Below, one piece after another: positions 28,804 to 32,000 of a stretch of 32,000 nt of DNA. A program made the position numbers and the translations under genes. Position 1 is the stretch's first letter, and every line of letters begins with the position of its first letter. Under the pieces are notes generated by a model. The model did not search any database, was not told the origin of the DNA, and saw only the letters and a program-made list of their open reading frames with translations. Source of the stretch: Synechocystis sp. PCC 6803 substr. PCC-P (GTDB lineage: Bacteria > Cyanobacteriota > Cyanobacteriia > Cyanobacteriales > Microcystaceae); the NCBI RefSeq assembly GCF_000284455.1, contig NC_017039.1, forward strand, positions 210,001 through 242,000, written 5' to 3'.

Positions 28804-30198
28804 CTACTCGTATTCCAGTAAACTCCAAAACTGATTACTGCCGGGGAACTGGGCCGCTACGGTCACATTGTCAAAGCGGATAATTTCTGAGCCGGTGAAA
28901 ACGTCCCCTGTGCGGTCTAGGGGAATTAACTCTTGCCGTTGCTCATCAACTAAGACCACTTTTTCCGCCCCCGGCACTTGAAGTTGGAAATAGCTGGCTT
29001 GATTTTGGGGCAAATTTCTTCCCAATGGGGAAATTAACCGCACCTGCTTTTCGCTGAAGGTACCATAGGTGCTGGGAAATGCTTGTCCTGCTCCCTGGGC
29101 CTTCACATCGTAGGCGATCGCCTGGTAATAGGTATCTTCCTGGGAATTTTTACTGAGAATTAATAACTGATATTCTCCCGGTTGGGGAAAGGCGGCATTG
29201 ACTGTCACCTGGCTCTGCTGACTTTGGCTGAGGGTATATTGCTTATCTAAGGGTTGACCGTTGTTATCCATTAACTGGGCCACCACCTGCACATCGTTAC
29301 CCGTGCGGAGAATCACTTCTAAATCCCCACCAGCGACGATGTCATTTTTGGGATGACTAACCAACGCTATTTGATCCCGGAAAAATCTGGGGGTCAACGC
29401 GGGTAACTGATCAAACGTTTGGCGATCGTAGGGTTGGGGCAATAACTGCCATTGGCTTTCCCTAGGAAAATGGCTGACAATTAGCTGTTCCGGCGCTGTA
29501 GCAAAATAGGTAGGGTTAAATTTAGCCTCGAACTTGCCATCACTGACAATGCCTGCTCCCCAGGTGGTATCGAGTAAATACCATTGACCGTCTATTTTTA
29601 CCCCGTTCCAAGCGTGGTTAACGTCCGGATCATCCCCCACAATCACGTCTCCCCCTTTGGCAAAACCTTCAATAATGACCACATCTAGCCCCAATTCCTT
29701 CGCTAAAGCCTGATACAAATTGGAGTAGCCAGAGCAGATGGTTTCCCCCCGAGCAAGCACTGTTTCCGGCCGGAGATCATCTATGTTGCGGGTTTCCGCC
29801 ATGGGCACGTCATAGGCAATATTTTGGGTAATCCAGCTATAGGCTAAACGGGCTTCTTCCCAGTCATTACTGGCCAAGGGGCGGATTAAATCCGCTAATT
29901 CCTTAACCGAGGTACCCTGGTAGTTGATAGTACGAGCCAAATTATCTAATCTTTCCCCTCCATCCACAGAAAAGCTTTTAGTGTTACCGGCAATGGGATT
30001 ATCCACCCGTTGAGTTACCACAAGGGTTTTGGGGTTAATGCCCTGGGGCAAATTGTCGGCGATCGCCCCTAGGTTAACGGGTGGCAAATTTTTGGAACCA
30101 CCACTGGGGCTGAAATACCAAATCCCTGCCCCGATCAAACCCACCAGCATCAGGGCGGGGAAAAAGCCGCCGTTAGCTTTCGGTGACTTTTTAGTCAT
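28804..30198 (-). CDS. Membrane-anchored transglutaminase-like (Cys-His-Asp) protein (likely start MTKKSPKANGG at 30198; ORF open from 30327)
   Basis: N-terminal TM (GFFPALMLVGLIGAGIWYFS); transglutaminase-like core RPETVLARGETICSGYSNLYQALAKELGLDVVIIEGFAKGG...VNHAWNGVKIDGQWYLLDTTWGAG. Confidence 0.9.
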   Translation of the reverse strand: MTKKSPKANGGFFPALMLVGLIGAGIWYFSPSGGSKNLPPVNLGAIADNLPQGINPKTLVVTQRVDNPIAGNTKSFSVDGGERLDNLARTINYQGTSVKELADLIRPLASNDWEEARLAYSWITQNIAYDVPMAETRNIDDLRPETVLARGETICSGYSNLYQALAKELGLDVVIIEGFAKGGDVIVGDDPDVNHAWNGVKIDGQWYLLDTTWGAGIVSDGKFEAKFNPTYFATAPEQLIVSHFPRESQWQLLPQPYDRQTFDQLPALTPRFFRDQIALVSHPKNDIVAGGDLEVILRTGNDVQVVAQLMDNNGQPLDKQYTLSQSQQSQVTVNAAFPQPGEYQLLILSKNSQEDTYYQAIAYDVKAQGAGQAFPSTYGTFSEKQVRLISPLGRNLPQNQASYFQLQVPGAEKVVLVDEQRQELIPLDRTGDVFTGSEIIRFDNVTVAAQFPGSNQFWSLLEYE

Positions 30199-30298
30199 CC
30201 TTCGTCGGGTTGACCGAGGTTGGGGACGGTAAGAACTCACGGTGTAATGAGCGTTGATTAACGCTGAAAAATTGAAGTTGACAAAACCAAGAAAAAAC

Positions 30299-30829
30299 CT
30301 AAGCGCCGACAAACTTGAGGGAAACACCGTTCATGCAATAGCGTTTACCGGTGGGCTGGGGACCATCATCAAAAACGTGACCTAAATGGCCGCCACAACG
30401 GGCGCAATGAACTTCAGTGCGAGTCATGAAAAAGGATTTATCGACAGTGTAAGCCACAGCATTTTCCAAGGGAGCATAGAAACTAGGCCAGCCGGTGCCG
30501 GAATTAAACTTGGTTTCGGAAGAAAATAAGGGAAGCTCGCAACCAGCACATTCGTAAGTACCTAAATCATAGTTTTTGTCCAGGGGGCTAGTACCAGCTC
30601 TTTCCGTGCCATGTTTGCGGAGTACTTTATAGGCCTCTGGACTTAGTTGCTGTTGCCATTCTGCATCGGTTTTGGTGACTTCAAAAACTTCGTTTGTTTT
30701 AGGCATGATTTGAGGTTCTAGTTCGGATTTAAGTTGGGGTTGGGATTGGTTGGTTGAATTTACATATTGAGCCAGCCAGAAAGCTCCCAAGGAGGCGGTG
30801 CCCACTTCTAAAAGGTAACGTCTTTTCAT
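30299..30829 (-). CDS. msrB: Peptide-methionine (R)-S-oxide reductase with N-terminal signal-like segment, 176 aa
   Basis: [51 protein letters not shown]...[35 protein letters not shown]; both CxxC zinc pairs and catalytic Cys. N-terminus [20 protein letters not shown] is twin-arginine-like. Confidence 0.95.
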   Translation of the reverse strand: MKRRYLLEVGTASLGAFWLAQYVNSTNQSQPQLKSELEPQIMPKTNEVFEVTKTDAEWQQQLSPEAYKVLRKHGTERAGTSPLDKNYDLGTYECAGCELPLFSSETKFNSGTGWPSFYAPLENAVAYTVDKSFFMTRTEVHCARCGGHLGHVFDDGPQPTGKRYCMNGVSLKFVGA

Positions 30830-30862
30830 GGTTAAAGTTTGGATGGGTGAGGTACGGGAAAC

Positions 30863-32000
30863 TTAACTGGTGGGATTACGAAGTTGGGCCGTTTGTACGG
30901 TTAGGCTTAAACGGCGATCGCCCCGGAGTAGGTCGAGTTTGAGAGCTTTGTTCAAACCGGCTTGTTCTACTATGCGCTGTAGGCGGGCACCATCGCTAAT
31001 GGGAGTACCGTCCACCGCCACAATGACATCTCCCCGACGGATACCGGCCCTTTCAGCGGGGGTTCCGGGCAAGACCCGCATCACCAAAATGCCATCCACT
31101 TCAGGAATGATAAAGGGAGAATTGGGATTGCGATTATTCTGCTGGGCTTGGTCCACCGTGATATTCATCATTTGCACCCCAATGTAGGGATGGGGCACTG
31201 TTCCCCCCGCAGCGAGGGTATTTTGAATTGCCTTGGCCTGATCTATCGGAATGGCAAAACCAATGCCAGTGGCATCGGCTCGGATGGCGGTGTTAATGCC
31301 AATCACTTCTCCCCGGGCATTGAGCAACGGGCCACCGGAATTGCCGGGGTTAATGGCGGCATCGGTTTGAATAAATTCCACCCGCTTATCGGGGATACCG
31401 GCCTGGGCGGCGGATCTTCCCAATGTGCTAATAATTCCTAGGGTAACTGTATTATCTAACCCCACCGGATTACCCACGGCGATCGCCCAATCTCCCACCT
31501 GCAGATTACTGGAAGTGCCAAGGGGAGCCACTGGTAGGGCAGAACCCTGGGGCTCAATTTTCACCACAGCCAAATCTGTCACTTCATCGGTGCCCCGCAC
31601 CTGGCCGTCGAAAGTACGGCCATCCCGGAGAGTCACCACCACTTTACTGGCACCATCTACCACATGGGCGTTGGTGAGAATAATGCCACTGTTGTCGATA
31701 ATGAAGCCACTACCCTGGCCGGCAATGCGTCTTTCCCGGGGAGGTACGGGGAAGGATCTACCAAAAAATTCCTGGAAGAATGGGTCGTCCAAAATGGGGT
31801 CAGTGCGACGGGTTACCACTGTCTCCGTATCGATGCGCACCACCGCTGGCCCAGAACGGGATACGGCCGCCGCCACAAAGCTTTCTGAGGTCAAGGGTAC
31901 CGATGCCTGGGCGGTAATCACAGGAGCCGGGGGCAAATCGTCCGCCGCCGCCACTGCATGGGGTAAATTGGCGATACCAAAAGCCGTGCCCACTGCAAAA
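30863..32000 (-). CDS. hhoA: HtrA/Deg-family serine protease with PDZ domain (HhoA-like), 5' end outside window
   Basis: GQGSGFIIDNSGIILTNAHVV (His), DLAVVKI (Asp), INPGNSGGPLLN (Ser) and PDZ DGILVMRVLPGTPAERAGIRRGDVI. Frame stays open through position 32000 (FAVGTAFGIANLPHAVA), so the track's start at 31993 is a window-edge artefact. Confidence 0.95.
   Translation of the reverse strand, partial: FAVGTAFGIANLPHAVAAADDLPPAPVITAQASVPLTSESFVAAAVSRSGPAVVRIDTETVVTRRTDPILDDPFFQEFFGRSFPVPPRERRIAGQGSGFIIDNSGIILTNAHVVDGASKVVVTLRDGRTFDGQVRGTDEVTDLAVVKIEPQGSALPVAPLGTSSNLQVGDWAIAVGNPVGLDNTVTLGIISTLGRSAAQAGIPDKRVEFIQTDAAINPGNSGGPLLNARGEVIGINTAIRADATGIGFAIPIDQAKAIQNTLAAGGTVPHPYIGVQMMNITVDQAQQNNRNPNSPFIIPEVDGILVMRVLPGTPAERAGIRRGDVIVAVDGTPISDGARLQRIVEQAGLNKALKLDLLRGDRRLSLTVQTAQLRNPTS

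Larger units (their letters stand above)
351..31487. repeat. Dispersed HIP1 octamer GCGATCGC, about 37 copies counted by eye (e.g. 351, 2328, 2730, 3467, 4886, 6015, 6614, 7752, 8494, 10694, 12024, 13220, 14540)
   Basis: Direct reading of the sequence; random expectation for an 8-mer in 32 kb is about 0.5 copies. Confidence 0.9.

Noticed and set aside
1-32000. Retron, defence island, prophage, integron or toxin-antitoxin system
   Set aside because: I saw no reverse transcriptase, integrase, transposase, phage structural or classical TA gene. The only weak candidate (24120-24838) is listed as a finding, not a system call.

Overview
This window is a dense cyanobacterial chromosomal segment. 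Gene content, order and the very frequent GCGATCGC (HIP1) octamers match Synechocystis sp. PCC 6803 or a very close relative; this is recognition from memory, not a database search. Left half: partial upp, a prohibitin-family gene, a membrane protein, a zinc-ribbon/PP2C phosphatase, the beta-carboxysome cluster ccmK2-ccmK1-ccmL-ccmM-ccmN (minus strand), gltD, an ankyrin-repeat protein, an Ntn-hydrolase and a RecB-like (TM0106-type) nuclease. Right half: a DUF2092-like secreted protein, an R/Q/N-rich secreted protein, a SulP transporter, a PxcA/CemA-family protein, chlD, a small two-ORF module, an Orn/Lys/Arg decarboxylase, ald, pdxJ, ycf54, a transglutaminase-like protein, msrB and a partial HtrA/Deg protease (HhoA-like). 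I found no CRISPR array, tRNA, rRNA or intact mobile element. I see no clear evidence for a wholly new system. The most useful second-look items are: (1) an unannotated decayed AraC-family regulator between 16.5 and 17.1 kb; (2) the four SSUL repeats of CcmM with unequal cysteine content plus a possible internal start; (3) a zinc-ribbon/possible pseudokinase/PP2C phosphatase downstream of ccmN; (4) a translationally coupled 62-aa/177-aa ORF pair that may be a toxin-C-terminus/immunity-like remnant; (5) a secreted Ntn-hydrolase whose signal peptide cleavage would expose the catalytic Cys; and (6) several start-codon corrections.
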